The notes under the pieces: generated by a model | The model's database searches: none | The model's input: the letters and a program-made list of their open reading frames with translations, nothing else | Told to the model about the DNA's origin: nothing | Source of the DNA: an uncultured Chloroflexia bacterium | Lineage (GTDB): Bacteria; Chloroflexota; Limnocylindria; Limnocylindrales; CSP1-4 | Assembly: GCA_963770795.1 (NCBI GenBank) | Contig: CAVYQR010000002.1 | Span: 1,174,209-1,238,208 of the forward strand | Reading direction: 5' to 3' | Length of the DNA stretch: 64,000 nt | Program-made: the position numbers and the translations under genes | Shown here: one piece after another, positions 1-9,333 of the stretch | Position numbering within the stretch: the stretch's first letter is position 1 | How the letters are laid out: every line of letters starts with the position of its first letter

Positions 1-65
1 GAGGGTGACCGCGATCAGGGCCAGGCCGAACGGGCCGCGAGCGGCGCGCCCCGGTGCCGCGTCGG

Positions 66-757
66 TCAGGGGACGGCGCTCGCTGAGGCGTCGGGCAGGC
101 CGGACGCCGCCGCGGCGGCCTCGATCTCCGCCCCGATGGCGTTCGGATCGAGGGATACCTCGATCCGCTTGCCGTTGACGTACATGGTCGGCGTCGAGCT
201 GATTCCCTGGGCGGTCGCCTCGGCGTTCGCCTTGTCGACCGCGGCCGTGGCGGCGGCGCCGTCGAGGCAGGCCGAGAAGGCCCCCGTCTCCAGGCCCGCG
301 GCCTCGGCAATCGCCGTCAACCGCTCCCTGCGGAAGCCGCCGGCGTTCTCGCCGTCCTGGTTGGCGTACACCCAGTGCGCGTAGTCCCAGTACTTGCCCT
401 GCTCGTTGGCGCAGAAGCCACCACGGGCCGCGAGCACCGACTCGTCGTCCGGCCCGCCACGGCCGAGGATCCCGATGTCGCGGTGCACGATGCGGAGCGT
501 GCCCGGCGTCACGTATTGACTGACGAGCACGGGCTCGACGTCCAGCGAGTACTTGCCGCAGTACGGGCACTGGTAGTCCTCGTAGACCTCCATGACTACC
601 GGTGCGTCCGCCTTCCCGATCGCGGTCCCATCGAGCAGCGCCGCCGGGTAGGCCGCTGCCGGATCCTTGAGCGTCCCGGTGACCTTGCCGCCGAGCTGGC
701 CGATGCCGACGACCACGACGATCAGCACGCCGACGATCACGCCGACGATGGTCATGT
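66..757 (-). CDS. DsbA-family thiol:disulfide oxidoreductase, membrane-anchored (thioredoxin fold, CPYC active site)
   Basis: ORF 66..1103 (-) has an N-terminal TM helix (MTIVGVIVGVLIVVVV), a CPYC motif and a DsbA-like C-terminal region. ATG at 757 chosen because the longer N-terminus is low-complexity and would overlap the divergent ABC gene start. Alternative start at 1103. Confidence 0.6.
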
Positions 758-1075
758 TCCGGGTGTTGATGAGCGACGAACCGCCCTTGCCGGCGGGCGC
801 CCGGCCGCGGCGCTCGTCACGATCCTTGCTGAACCGGTCCTGGCGCTCCGCGGCGCGACGATCCCGGCGCGTGGTCTGGGTGGTGGGCTTCTTGCCGCTC
901 AGGGGGGGCCTCCGGTTTGTACTCAGGGAAATGTTCGTGCTCAGGCGGGACGCCGAGGCATTGTGGCGCAGATCGGCGGTTTCGGCCAAGGGCGTCCTGC
1001 CGAATCCACGGCCGCACGCCCCCGTACCTGCCGCACCAACCACCGCACCAGCGGACAGATGATACTCTGTCTCAT

Positions 1076-1987
1076 ATGGAACCGGAAAGCCCTCCCCCCA
1101 CACTGGCGACGTCCAGCCACGGCGGCCGGCAGCCGCACGTGCACGACGAGGAGCTGTCGGCGCCCCACGCCCATGCGCACGCGGACGTCTGGCTGAGCGA
1201 CGTGACGGCAGGGTACGGCGAGCGCGCGGCCCTGGAGCACGTGACGCTGGCGGTCGAGCCGGGGAGCCTGCTCGCCGTGGTCGGGCCCAACGGGGCCGGC
1301 AAGAGCACGCTGCTCAAGTTGATGGCCGGACTTGCGCGCCCCTGGACCGGCCGTATGGAGATCCTCGGCGCGGTCCCCGGCCGCGAGGCCCGGCGCGTCG
1401 CCTACGTCCCGCAGGCGGAACTGGTGGACTGGGCGTTCCCGGTCACGGTCGAGGATGTGGTGATGATGGGCCGCTTCCCGCGCCTGGGGTCCATCCGCCG
1501 GCCCGGCCCGGACGACCGCCGGGCGGTCGCCGACGCCCTGGAGCAGGTGAGGATGGACCAGCACCGCCGGACCCAGGTCGGACGGCTGTCCGGCGGGCAG
1601 CGCCGGCGGGTGTTCCTGGCCCGGGCGCTCGCCGCGGAGCCGGACCTGTTCCTGCTCGACGAGCCCGTCACCGGCATCGACGCCACGACGCAGGAGCTCC
1701 TCATGGATCTCCTTGAGGCGCAGGCGGCCCGCGGCAAGACCGTGGTGGCCACCACGCACGACCTCGCCTGCGCTGCCGAGCGGTTCCAGCAGGTGCTGGC
1801 GATCAACCGCACCGTCATCGCCTACGGTCCGTCCAACATCGTCCTGGACGCGGGCGTCCTCGAGCAGGCGTACGGCGGGCACCTCCTGGTGCTGGAGGGC
1901 CGCACCGTCGTCCTGGACGATGCCCACCACCACGATGACGCGGCGCCGGGCGAGCGCCACTTCCACGACCAGGGAGGTCAACGCTGA
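1076..1987 (+). CDS. znuC: metal (Zn/Mn-type) ABC transporter ATP-binding protein, His-rich N-terminus
   Basis: Walker A GPNGAGKST, signature LSGGQRRRV, Walker B LLLDEP. His-rich N-terminus (HVHDEELSAPHAHAHAD). First gene of an operon with an ABC-3 permease, a Fur-family regulator and a TroA/ZnuA lipoprotein. Start ATG 1076 (frame of ORF 917..1987). Confidence 0.75.
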   Translation: MEPESPPPTLATSSHGGRQPHVHDEELSAPHAHAHADVWLSDVTAGYGERAALEHVTLAVEPGSLLAVVGPNGAGKSTLLKLMAGLARPWTGRMEILGAVPGREARRVAYVPQAELVDWAFPVTVEDVVMMGRFPRLGSIRRPGPDDRRAVADALEQVRMDQHRRTQVGRLSGGQRRRVFLARALAAEPDLFLLDEPVTGIDATTQELLMDLLEAQAARGKTVVATTHDLACAAERFQQVLAINRTVIAYGPSNIVLDAGVLEQAYGGHLLVLEGRTVVLDDAHHHDDAAPGERHFHDQGGQR

Positions 1988-2862
1988 TGGACCTGGTCCT
2001 GGAACCGCTGGCGCTCGGGTTCTTCGTCCGCGCCCTGATTGCCTCCATGATGGTCGGCGTGGTGTGCGCGGTCGTCGGCACCTACGTCGTCCTGCGCGGG
2101 GTCGCGTTCATCGGGGACGCCATCGCTCACGCCGCGTTTCCGGGCGTGGTCGCCGCCTTCATGCTGTCGATCCCGTTCTACATCGGGGCCGCGATCGCGG
2201 CCGTGGGAACCGCCCTCGCGATCGGGTTCGTGACGAAGCGTGCAGGTATCCGCCAGGACACGGCGATCGGCGTCCTGTTCGCGGGCACGTTCGCGTTCGG
2301 CGTGTTCCTGTTCAGCACCATCGACGGCTACGTGGCCGACCTGTTCAGCTTCCTGCTGGGCAACGTCCTGGCGATCAGCGCCGAGGACCTCGTCGGGCTG
2401 CTGGTGCTGGGCCTCCTGGTGCTGGCGGTCGTCGCGCTGCTGTGGAAGGAGCTGCTGTACGCAACCTTCGACCCGCTGGGCGCCGCCGCCTCGGGAATCA
2501 AGGTCGAGCGGCTCGAATACCTCTTCCTGGCCCTCGTGGCGCTCACGATCGTCGTCAGCCTGCAGGCGGTGGGGATCATCCTGGTCGTGGCGATGCTGGT
2601 CACCCCAGCAGCGACTGCCCAGATGCTCACGGTCCGGTTCACGCGGCTGATGGTCATCGCGGCGCTCGTCGGGATCGCAAGCTCCATCCTCGGCCTGTAC
2701 CTCTCCTACTGGCTGGACGTCGCCAGCGGTGCCACGATCGTGCTCGTCCAAAGCGGCATGTTCGTCGTCGCGCTCGTGTTCGGGCCGCGGGGGATGCTGG
2801 GCCGGCGGCGGGGCGGCGGCACCATCGCGGACGCGGTCGACGAGGCCGCGGTGGCCGCATGA
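1987..2862 (+). CDS. znuB: metal ABC transporter permease (ABC-3 / ZnuB family)
   Basis: 291-aa polytopic membrane protein typical of ZnuB/MntB family. Start overlaps upstream stop (ATGA). Confidence 0.85.
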   Translation: MDLVLEPLALGFFVRALIASMMVGVVCAVVGTYVVLRGVAFIGDAIAHAAFPGVVAAFMLSIPFYIGAAIAAVGTALAIGFVTKRAGIRQDTAIGVLFAGTFAFGVFLFSTIDGYVADLFSFLLGNVLAISAEDLVGLLVLGLLVLAVVALLWKELLYATFDPLGAAASGIKVERLEYLFLALVALTIVVSLQAVGIILVVAMLVTPAATAQMLTVRFTRLMVIAALVGIASSILGLYLSYWLDVASGATIVLVQSGMFVVALVFGPRGMLGRRRGGGTIADAVDEAAVAA

Positions 2863-3323
2863 CCGGGACCCGCGGAGCGACAGCGCATGCCACGAACCAC
2901 CTGGCGGAGGCCCTGGGCCGGGCGGGCCACCGGCTCACAGGCCCGCGCCTCACGGTGGCGGAGCTGGTCGCGCGCCGCGATGGGCACTTCACCGCGGCAG
3001 ACCTCGCGACTGACGCGGGCCGACGCCGGCCGGGGATCGGACGCGCAACCATCTTCCGCGCGCTCGACCTGTTCGCGTCCCTGGGGCTGGTAGAGCGCGT
3101 CGACCTGCCGGGCGGCGAGCACGCCTACGTGGCCTGCGATCCCGTGCATCACCATCACGCGATCTGCACCGGCTGCGGCCGGTCGCTGGACGTCGATGAC
3201 TTCGGCCTGGCCGGGGCGCTCGCGGAGATCGGCCAGCGGTCCGGCTTCCGCGTCACGGCCCACCGACTCGAGGTCTTCGGCCTCTGCTCGGCGTGCCAGG
3301 CCGACCAGGGTGAGCCCGCATGA
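2859..3323 (+). CDS. zur: Fur-family transcriptional regulator (Zur-like), embedded in the metal-uptake operon
   Basis: 154-aa protein with a winged-helix N-terminal region and the C-terminal HHHH..CxxC..CxxC metal sites typical of Fur/Zur. ATG overlaps permease stop. Confidence 0.8.
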   Translation: MTGTRGATAHATNHLAEALGRAGHRLTGPRLTVAELVARRDGHFTAADLATDAGRRRPGIGRATIFRALDLFASLGLVERVDLPGGEHAYVACDPVHHHHAICTGCGRSLDVDDFGLAGALAEIGQRSGFRVTAHRLEVFGLCSACQADQGEPA

Positions 3324-4285
3324 TCCGGCCGCCCCGCCGCCGATCCCGCCTCGCCGGAGGAATCCTGCCGCGCGCCGCCGGTCTGGTCGCACTCGTGGCG
3401 CTGATCACGCTCGCCACCGCCGCATGCGGCGGTGGGAGCCCGTCCGGCGACGTCCCTGCCGGCACCCTCCGGGTCGTCACCACCACCACGATCCTGGCGG
3501 ATCTCGTCGCCCAGGTGGGCGGCGCGCGCGTGCACGTGGACAGCCTGGTCCCCAAGGGCGGCGAGGTGCATACCTTCGATCCCACGCCATCGGACGTCCG
3601 GCGGGTGGCGGAGGCAGACATCGTGTTCGTGAACGGCCTGGGCCTGGACGGGTGGCTCGCGAACCTCGTGACCGACGCCGGCACGGGTGCACCGGTCGTG
3701 CGGCTGGGCGAGAACCTGCCGGGGGTGACCTACCTGGCCGGTGACGGCGGGGACCAGGCGGCCGTCAACCCGCACCTCTGGCTGAACGCCGCGTATGCGG
3801 CGAAGTACGCGGAACGGATCGGCGAGTCGCTGGCCGAGGTGGATCCCGCCAACGCGGCGGCCTATCGGGACCAGGCCGCGGCCTACGGGCAGACGCTTGC
3901 GGACCTGGACGCGGAGCTGCGGTCGAAGATAGGGGCGATCCCCGAGTCCGATCGAACGGTGCTCTCGTTCCACGACGCATTCCCGTACTTCGCGGCGGCG
4001 TACGGCCTGACGATTGACGGCACGATCGTTGACGCCCCCGGCCAGGACCCCAGTGCGGCGCAGATCGCGGCGCTGGTGCGCGTCGTGCGGGAGAAGGGCA
4101 TCAAGGCCATCTTCGCGGAGGCCCAGTTCAGCGAGCGCCTGGCCCGGACCATCGCGGACGAGACCGGTGCGACCGTCGTCTCGGGGCTCTATACCGACAG
4201 CACCGGAGACGCGCCGCAGGACACGTACGCCGGTCTCATGCGCTGGAATATGGCCCGCGTGGCCGAGGTGCTTGCCGCCCCCTGA
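3320..4285 (+). CDS. znuA: metal ABC transporter substrate-binding lipoprotein (TroA/ZnuA family)
   Basis: Signal peptide with lipobox (LATAACGG). Family-level similarity to cluster-9 metal SBPs. Start overlaps zur stop. Confidence 0.85.
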   Translation: MIRPPRRRSRLAGGILPRAAGLVALVALITLATAACGGGSPSGDVPAGTLRVVTTTTILADLVAQVGGARVHVDSLVPKGGEVHTFDPTPSDVRRVAEADIVFVNGLGLDGWLANLVTDAGTGAPVVRLGENLPGVTYLAGDGGDQAAVNPHLWLNAAYAAKYAERIGESLAEVDPANAAAYRDQAAAYGQTLADLDAELRSKIGAIPESDRTVLSFHDAFPYFAAAYGLTIDGTIVDAPGQDPSAAQIAALVRVVREKGIKAIFAEAQFSERLARTIADETGATVVSGLYTDSTGDAPQDTYAGLMRWNMARVAEVLAAP

Positions 4286-4327
4286 CCAGGGTGGCGCGGA
4301 CGGAGTACCGGCGGCAACACGGGACCA

Positions 4328-5176
4328 TTGATGGCGAAGCCGCTGAAACCTTCGGGCGATGCACTGACTCGGAGCACTGCCACACACTGCGGGAGTCCTC
4401 ATGCACAAGCGTCCACAGCGATCCGAGACCACGTGCCAGCCGCCGTTCCGGGCGGAGGTGGCTGCGTGCGCCTGAACCCCGTCACCCTCGTCATCCTGTG
4501 CGCGGTCGCCGCGCTCGTCGCCATCGGCGTGACGGACCAGATCCTTCCGGCCGCCGATCCGCGGACGGTGGAGATGCGGCCCTGGATCGCCGCGCGGGCC
4601 CTGGGCATCACGGCGTACCTGCTGCTCGCGCTTGAGGTGGGCCTCGGCCTCTTCCTGAGCCATCCACGCAACACCGCGGAGTGGCGCAAGACCAGGCAGG
4701 TCTTCCCGTGGCACGAGATGGTCACCGTGTTCACGGGCGCCTTCCTGGTCCTCCACATCGTGCTGCTCGCCATCGACCCGTTTGCCAACGTCGGCGTCGT
4801 GGGGGCGCTCGTACCGGGCTTCTCGACGTTCCGCCCGGTCGCCGTGGGCCTTGGGACGGTGGCGCTCTACGCGATGATCTTCACCGCGGCCACCGCCAAG
4901 TGGACCCGCCTCCTCCCCGCCGGGTGGTGGCTCAAGGTGCACCGCGTCGCGGCCGTGACCTTCCTGCTCGCATGGGTGCACGCCGTGCTCGCCGGCACGG
5001 ACAGCGGCGCGCTGACCCCCCTGTATCTCGCCACCGGCCTGCCGATCCTGGCTGGCGTGGGACACCGCTGGTGGACCGCCCGGTCACGCCCGCATCGCCC
5101 CGAGCCCGCCGTCGGTGCGTCCGAGGAGCCAATTGGCCGGCCTCAGCCGGTGCCCGTCCTGGTGAAGGAGTCCTGA
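4328..5176 (+). CDS. ferric-reductase-like transmembrane domain protein (bis-His heme b membrane protein, MsrQ/FRD-like)
   Basis: Six predicted TM helices with conserved His in the helices (SHPRN, PWHEM, LVLHIVLL, VHRVAAV, WVHAVLAG), matching the Ferric_reduct domain pattern. True start may be internal. Confidence 0.55.
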   Translation: MMAKPLKPSGDALTRSTATHCGSPHAQASTAIRDHVPAAVPGGGGCVRLNPVTLVILCAVAALVAIGVTDQILPAADPRTVEMRPWIAARALGITAYLLLALEVGLGLFLSHPRNTAEWRKTRQVFPWHEMVTVFTGAFLVLHIVLLAIDPFANVGVVGALVPGFSTFRPVAVGLGTVALYAMIFTAATAKWTRLLPAGWWLKVHRVAAVTFLLAWVHAVLAGTDSGALTPLYLATGLPILAGVGHRWWTARSRPHRPEPAVGASEEPIGRPQPVPVLVKES

Positions 5177-5670
5177 TGTCGAGAGATGTGCTCAACCGCA
5201 TCGTGCGCCGGGCCATGGTGCTCGCTGCCACCGGTGCGGTCATCGCGGTCGCGGTCGTGACCGTGCAGGTTGCCGCTGCCTGGCGGGCCGAGGCTGCTCC
5301 GCTGGATGCGGCGCCCGTCTCGATGTCCAGCATCGACGCCGACATCGAGGCCGAGGTCGCCCGTGCCGAGGACCTCTCGGGTCAGATCGACGTGGTCGCC
5401 GGGCAGCTGTCGACGCTCGAGGGCGCCATCGTGACGGCCAACGGTGCGATCTCGGCCGATGCCGAGAGCGCGGCGACGCTCCAGACCGAGCTGGCCACGG
5501 CAAAGACGACGCTGGACAGCCTGCAGTCGCAGCTCAAGGCAGGACAGGCGCGCCTTGCCGCCCTGAACAAGGCCGCCGCTCGCCAGGCCGCCATCAACGC
5601 GGCGGCGCGGAAGAACACCTCGACCACGACCAAGGCCGCCGCCCCCACACGTGAGCGGGACGATGACTGA
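5176..5670 (+). CDS. hypothetical membrane-anchored Ala-rich coiled-coil protein
   Basis: ATG overlaps upstream stop. N-terminal TM helix followed by an Ala/Gln-rich helical region. No recognisable domain. Confidence 0.45.
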   Translation: MSRDVLNRIVRRAMVLAATGAVIAVAVVTVQVAAAWRAEAAPLDAAPVSMSSIDADIEAEVARAEDLSGQIDVVAGQLSTLEGAIVTANGAISADAESAATLQTELATAKTTLDSLQSQLKAGQARLAALNKAAARQAAINAAARKNTSTTTKAAAPTRERDDD

Positions 5671-6214
5671 GCGCGTCCTGCCGACCGTCGCGTTGGGGTC
5701 GCGCGCGCGAACCCGCTACCTCCGGGAAGGCGCCGCACCGCCCGTGGTTCGGCCTGCCGGACCGGCGGTCCAGCACAGAGAGGCGGTTCTCAGCACCCAG
5801 ACCCGGGCCGGCATGCTGATCGGCGCGTCAGCGGCGATCTACGCCGTCACCCTCGCGGGCGTCTCGGTCATGCAGGCGGACTCGGACGCCGCGGTCGTGG
5901 CCCGGCGCCAGCCGTACCTCGAGGCCGTGGCGGCCGCCCGTTCCGCCAACGACGCGCTCGAAGTCGCGGTCGTCAAGGCCGACGGAGCGGCTCGAGCGCT
6001 CGCCAGCGACTATGCGGCGGTGGGTGGCGACATCGCCTCGTACCAGGCCCGCCTGGACGAGCTCGCCGCACTCGTCGCCGAGGTGCAGGGCTCGGCCGCC
6101 GCCCTTCCGACCCGCATCAGCCTCCCGGCGATCTCCGTGCGGAGTGCCGGCAGCGGGGGCGGCAGCAGCAAGGCACCGGCCACCAAGGCCACCACCACCG
6201 CCTCGGGCGGCTGA
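5663..6214 (+). CDS. hypothetical membrane-anchored Ala-rich protein (paralog-like of preceding gene)
   Basis: ORF 5651..6214. TM helix (MLIGASAAIYAVTLAGV) then an Ala-rich region. Start uncertain. Confidence 0.4.
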   Translation: MTERVLPTVALGSRARTRYLREGAAPPVVRPAGPAVQHREAVLSTQTRAGMLIGASAAIYAVTLAGVSVMQADSDAAVVARRQPYLEAVAAARSANDALEVAVVKADGAARALASDYAAVGGDIASYQARLDELAALVAEVQGSAAALPTRISLPAISVRSAGSGGGSSKAPATKATTTASGG

Positions 6215-6302
6215 CGCCTGTGGGCCGGCATGCCGGCCCAGGAAGGACGTTACGGCGCTAGGGCCACCCGGATCCGTTCCCGAACCCGCCGATCCCGACA
6301 GG

Positions 6303-7289
6303 GTCGTCGGGTTCTCGTCGCGTGCGCTGGGATCGAGGCTGGGGCTCCACGTTCGGCTGCCCGCCGCAGGCGATGCCGCGGGGCGCGCCGGATCCCTTGG
6401 GCTCGACGCCCCTGCCCTCGCATGGGAGCGGGTGCGGACCGAGTTCGAGAATGTCGACCGGGCTCTGTCACGGTTTCGGGACGACAGTGAGCTGACCGCG
6501 CTCAACCGGCTCGCCGGGACCGGTCGCGTCATCGCGGTCTCCTGGCGGCTCCGGACATTGCTGGCGGCCGTCCACCGCGCGAGCCGCCTGACCGATGGCA
6601 GGTTCGACGCGTCGGTGCTGACCGACCTCGAGCGGATCGGGGAGCGCGGTGCCGTGCTGGAGGTCCCCGACCATGCCCTGGCGGACACCGAGGCGGTCGT
6701 CCGCCTCGTCCCGGCCGGAACGCCGGGCGCCAGCCTTGTCCAGGCACCCACGGCGCCGGTGGACAGCGGGGGGATCGGCAAGGGCCTCGCGCTGCGGTGG
6801 GCCGCCGCGGCGGCCATCAACGGCCTCCCCGCCGGCGCCGGGCTGCTCCTCGACTCCGGAGGCGACATCGTGAGCGCCGGCGCGGCCCCGCCAGACGGCT
6901 GGCGAGTGGGGATCGAGGACCCCGTGCTCCCGGGGCCGGATGCCGAGCCGCTGGCCATCCTGGCCATGGAGCGCGGCGCGGTTGCGACCTCCTCCATCCG
7001 CGTACGCAACTGGGTGGCACCCGACGGCGCGCGGGTCCACCACCTGCTTGACCCGCGGACCGGTGCCCCAGCCAGGACCGGCCTGATCGCCGTCACCGTT
7101 GCCGGCCTGGATCCCGCGTGGTCCGAAGTCTGGAGCAAGGCCCTGTTCCTGGCCGGCAGGAGCGGCATCGGCGAGGAGGCACGGGCGCGCGGGCTGGCGG
7201 CGTGGTGGGTCGACGACGCCGGGCGACTGGGAATGACCCCTGAGGCGCGCCAGTGCAGCGCGTGGTTGGCTGAGGGTCGGGTCGGCTGA
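6303..7289 (+). CDS. apbE: FAD:protein FMN transferase (ApbE family)
   Basis: Motifs SRFRDDSELTALN, DSGGIGKG, LLDSGGDI, HHLLDPRTGAP and TVAGLDPAWSEVWSKALFLAG are characteristic of ApbE. No canonical ATG/GTG/TTG start was found between the upstream gene and the conserved N-terminal strand, so the 5' boundary is approximate. Confidence 0.7.
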   Translation, partial: VVGFSSRALGSRLGLHVRLPAAGDAAGRAGSLGLDAPALAWERVRTEFENVDRALSRFRDDSELTALNRLAGTGRVIAVSWRLRTLLAAVHRASRLTDGRFDASVLTDLERIGERGAVLEVPDHALADTEAVVRLVPAGTPGASLVQAPTAPVDSGGIGKGLALRWAAAAAINGLPAGAGLLLDSGGDIVSAGAAPPDGWRVGIEDPVLPGPDAEPLAILAMERGAVATSSIRVRNWVAPDGARVHHLLDPRTGAPARTGLIAVTVAGLDPAWSEVWSKALFLAGRSGIGEEARARGLAAWWVDDAGRLGMTPEARQCSAWLAEGRVG

Positions 7290-7331
7290 GTCGCCGCGCC
7301 CGCCTGCGGTCCGGCGCGGGTGTGGTGCGGG

Positions 7332-8369
7332 TCAGGCCTGGGGCGACTCAGCGGAGGCGTCACCCGGGCTCCCGGCCGGAACCACCGGCACCACCGGAAC
7401 CGGTGTCTCACCCAGAGCCGCCGCCAGCTCGTCCAGGGTCGGGTAGCCCGCGCGAGCCCCGGCTCGGGTGACCGAGATGCTCGCCGCCACCACCGCGCGG
7501 CGCGCGGCCGCCTCCAGGCTCAGCCCGCCCGCCAGTGCGGCTGCCAGCGCCCCGTTGAGCGCGTCGCCGGCACCGGTGGCGTCGATCGCCTTCACCCTGG
7601 GTGCCTTGATGTCGATCGCCGGGCCGCCACGCCGGACGAGCACCGCCCCACCCGGGCCAAGGCTGACCAACACGGCCTCGCCGGCGCCGGGTCCCTCGCT
7701 CGTGGTCTCGAGCAGGGTCCGAGCGGTCCTGATCGTCTCCTCGGCCCCGGTCGCGGGGCGTCCGGACCGTCGCGCATCGTCCGCCGCCAGCCGGGCCAGT
7801 TCCCCTCGGTTTGGCGTCAGCACGTCGGCCAGGCCGAGGACGGAGCGATCCAGGCCGCTGGCCGGAGCCGGGTTGAGGATCGTCCAGGCGCCGCCCTCAC
7901 GGCCAATCCGGAGCGCCTCGCGGGCCGCCTCGGCCGGGATCTCGTGGTTCGTGATGACCACGTCACCGCGGTGCGGGGCAAGCCGCCCGAGGGCCGCCCG
8001 GACGTGGGCCGCCGTGAGCCCCGCGTTCGCACCGGGCGCCACGGTGATCTGGTTCTCGGCCTTGGCGTCCACGATGATCAGGGCCACGCCGGTGGCGGTG
8101 TGCTCGAGGGTGACCAGGACGTCCGTGCCGACGCCCTCGCGTGCCAGGGCAGCCCGCGCCTCGTCGCCGAACGCATCATCGCCGAGAGCGGCGACCAGCA
8201 TCACCGGCACGCCAAGCCTGGCCGCGGCCACGGACAGGTTCCCGCCCTTGCCGCCGTGGAAGCGGCTGAACGTGCCGCCCATGACGGTCTCGCCGGGCAA
8301 CGGCAGACGCTCCGCCTGGACCACGAGGTCCACGTTGACCGATCCGACGACCAGAACCCGACCGCTCAT
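7332..8369 (-). CDS. rbsK: ribokinase (PfkB family)
   Basis: Signature 1 GGKGGNLSVAAARLG and signature 2 DATGAGDALNGALAAALA. Confidence 0.85.
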   Translation of the reverse strand: MSGRVLVVGSVNVDLVVQAERLPLPGETVMGGTFSRFHGGKGGNLSVAAARLGVPVMLVAALGDDAFGDEARAALAREGVGTDVLVTLEHTATGVALIIVDAKAENQITVAPGANAGLTAAHVRAALGRLAPHRGDVVITNHEIPAEAAREALRIGREGGAWTILNPAPASGLDRSVLGLADVLTPNRGELARLAADDARRSGRPATGAEETIRTARTLLETTSEGPGAGEAVLVSLGPGGAVLVRRGGPAIDIKAPRVKAIDATGAGDALNGALAAALAGGLSLEAAARRAVVAASISVTRAGARAGYPTLDELAAALGETPVPVVPVVPAGSPGDASAESPQA

Positions 8370-8395
8370 CGGATTGACGCCCCTTCCCTGTCCGG

Positions 8396-9217
8396 CTACG
8401 ACCCGGTGATGTACTCGCCACCGTCCACGCCGATGACCTCGCCGTTGATGAACTCCGTCCCCTCACCGGACAGCGCGAGGATCGTGCTGGCCACGTCCTG
8501 GGGCGTCGTCATCCGTCCGGTGGGATTCCGCCGCGTGGCGGATTCGATGATCGCGTCGTGCTCAGGGATCTTCATCAGCGCCGGGGTCTTGGTGACTCCC
8601 GCGCGGATCGTGTTGGCCGTGACCCCCGTGCCCAGACGCGCCAGCTCCATCGCCAGCTGCCGGGTATGGGACTCGAGCGCCGCCTTGGCGGACGAAACGA
8701 CGCCATAACTCGGCACCACGCGGGTCGAGCCCTCCGACGTCATGGCGTAGATCTTGGAGCCCCGCTCCAGGAACCCGCCCCGCCAGAGGTCCTGCACCCA
8801 GTAGACCAGGCTGTTCGCCATGACGTCCTGGGTCATCTCCATCTTCTTGCGGTCCACGCTGGCCTTCGGATCCTCGGCCAAGTACGGGACCAGCGAGCCG
8901 AAGGCGAGCGAGTGCATGACAACGCGAACGTACGGGTGCCGGCCCTCGGCTCGTGACCGATCGAAGCGCTCGCCGAGCGTGACGAGGGCCGCGCGGCGCT
9001 TCTCGTCGTCGGCCGCGTTCATGTTGATGTACAGCGCCTCGGATCCGAGTGCGGCGATCTGGGCCTTCACGTCCTCGACATGTGCGAGGGCGGCGCGGAA
9101 GTCGAGGTGGATCCCCGCGATCCGGTAGCCGTTCGCAGCCAGCGCGAGCGCGGTGGCCTGGCCCATCCCGGAGGAAGCGCCGAGGATCAGGGCCCAGCGC
9201 TCGCGGTCGTCGGTCAT
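8396..9217 (-). CDS. SDR-family NAD(P)-dependent oxidoreductase (FabL-like enoyl reductase family)
   Basis: N-terminal GASSGMG Rossmann motif, catalytic S..Y..xK region, 273 aa. Confidence 0.75.
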   Translation of the reverse strand: MTDDRERWALILGASSGMGQATALALAANGYRIAGIHLDFRAALAHVEDVKAQIAALGSEALYINMNAADDEKRRAALVTLGERFDRSRAEGRHPYVRVVMHSLAFGSLVPYLAEDPKASVDRKKMEMTQDVMANSLVYWVQDLWRGGFLERGSKIYAMTSEGSTRVVPSYGVVSSAKAALESHTRQLAMELARLGTGVTANTIRAGVTKTPALMKIPEHDAIIESATRRNPTGRMTTPQDVASTILALSGEGTEFINGEVIGVDGGEYITGS

Positions 9218-9333
9218 GGTGCTCCTCCGGGGACGTGTCGGGGATGGCCGCGATGTGATGCGTCGCAGGCAATGCTGAGTCTACAGCGGCCCGCGGCCGA
9301 AGCGGCCGGTCGGTATAGTTCTGGGCACAGATC

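Noticed and set aside
66-1103. Full-length 345-aa version of the DsbA-like ORF
   Set aside because: The N-terminal 115 residues are low-complexity and would overlap the divergent znuC start and promoter. A shorter protein starting at ATG 757 gives a typical signal-anchor + thioredoxin architecture. Kept as an alternative.
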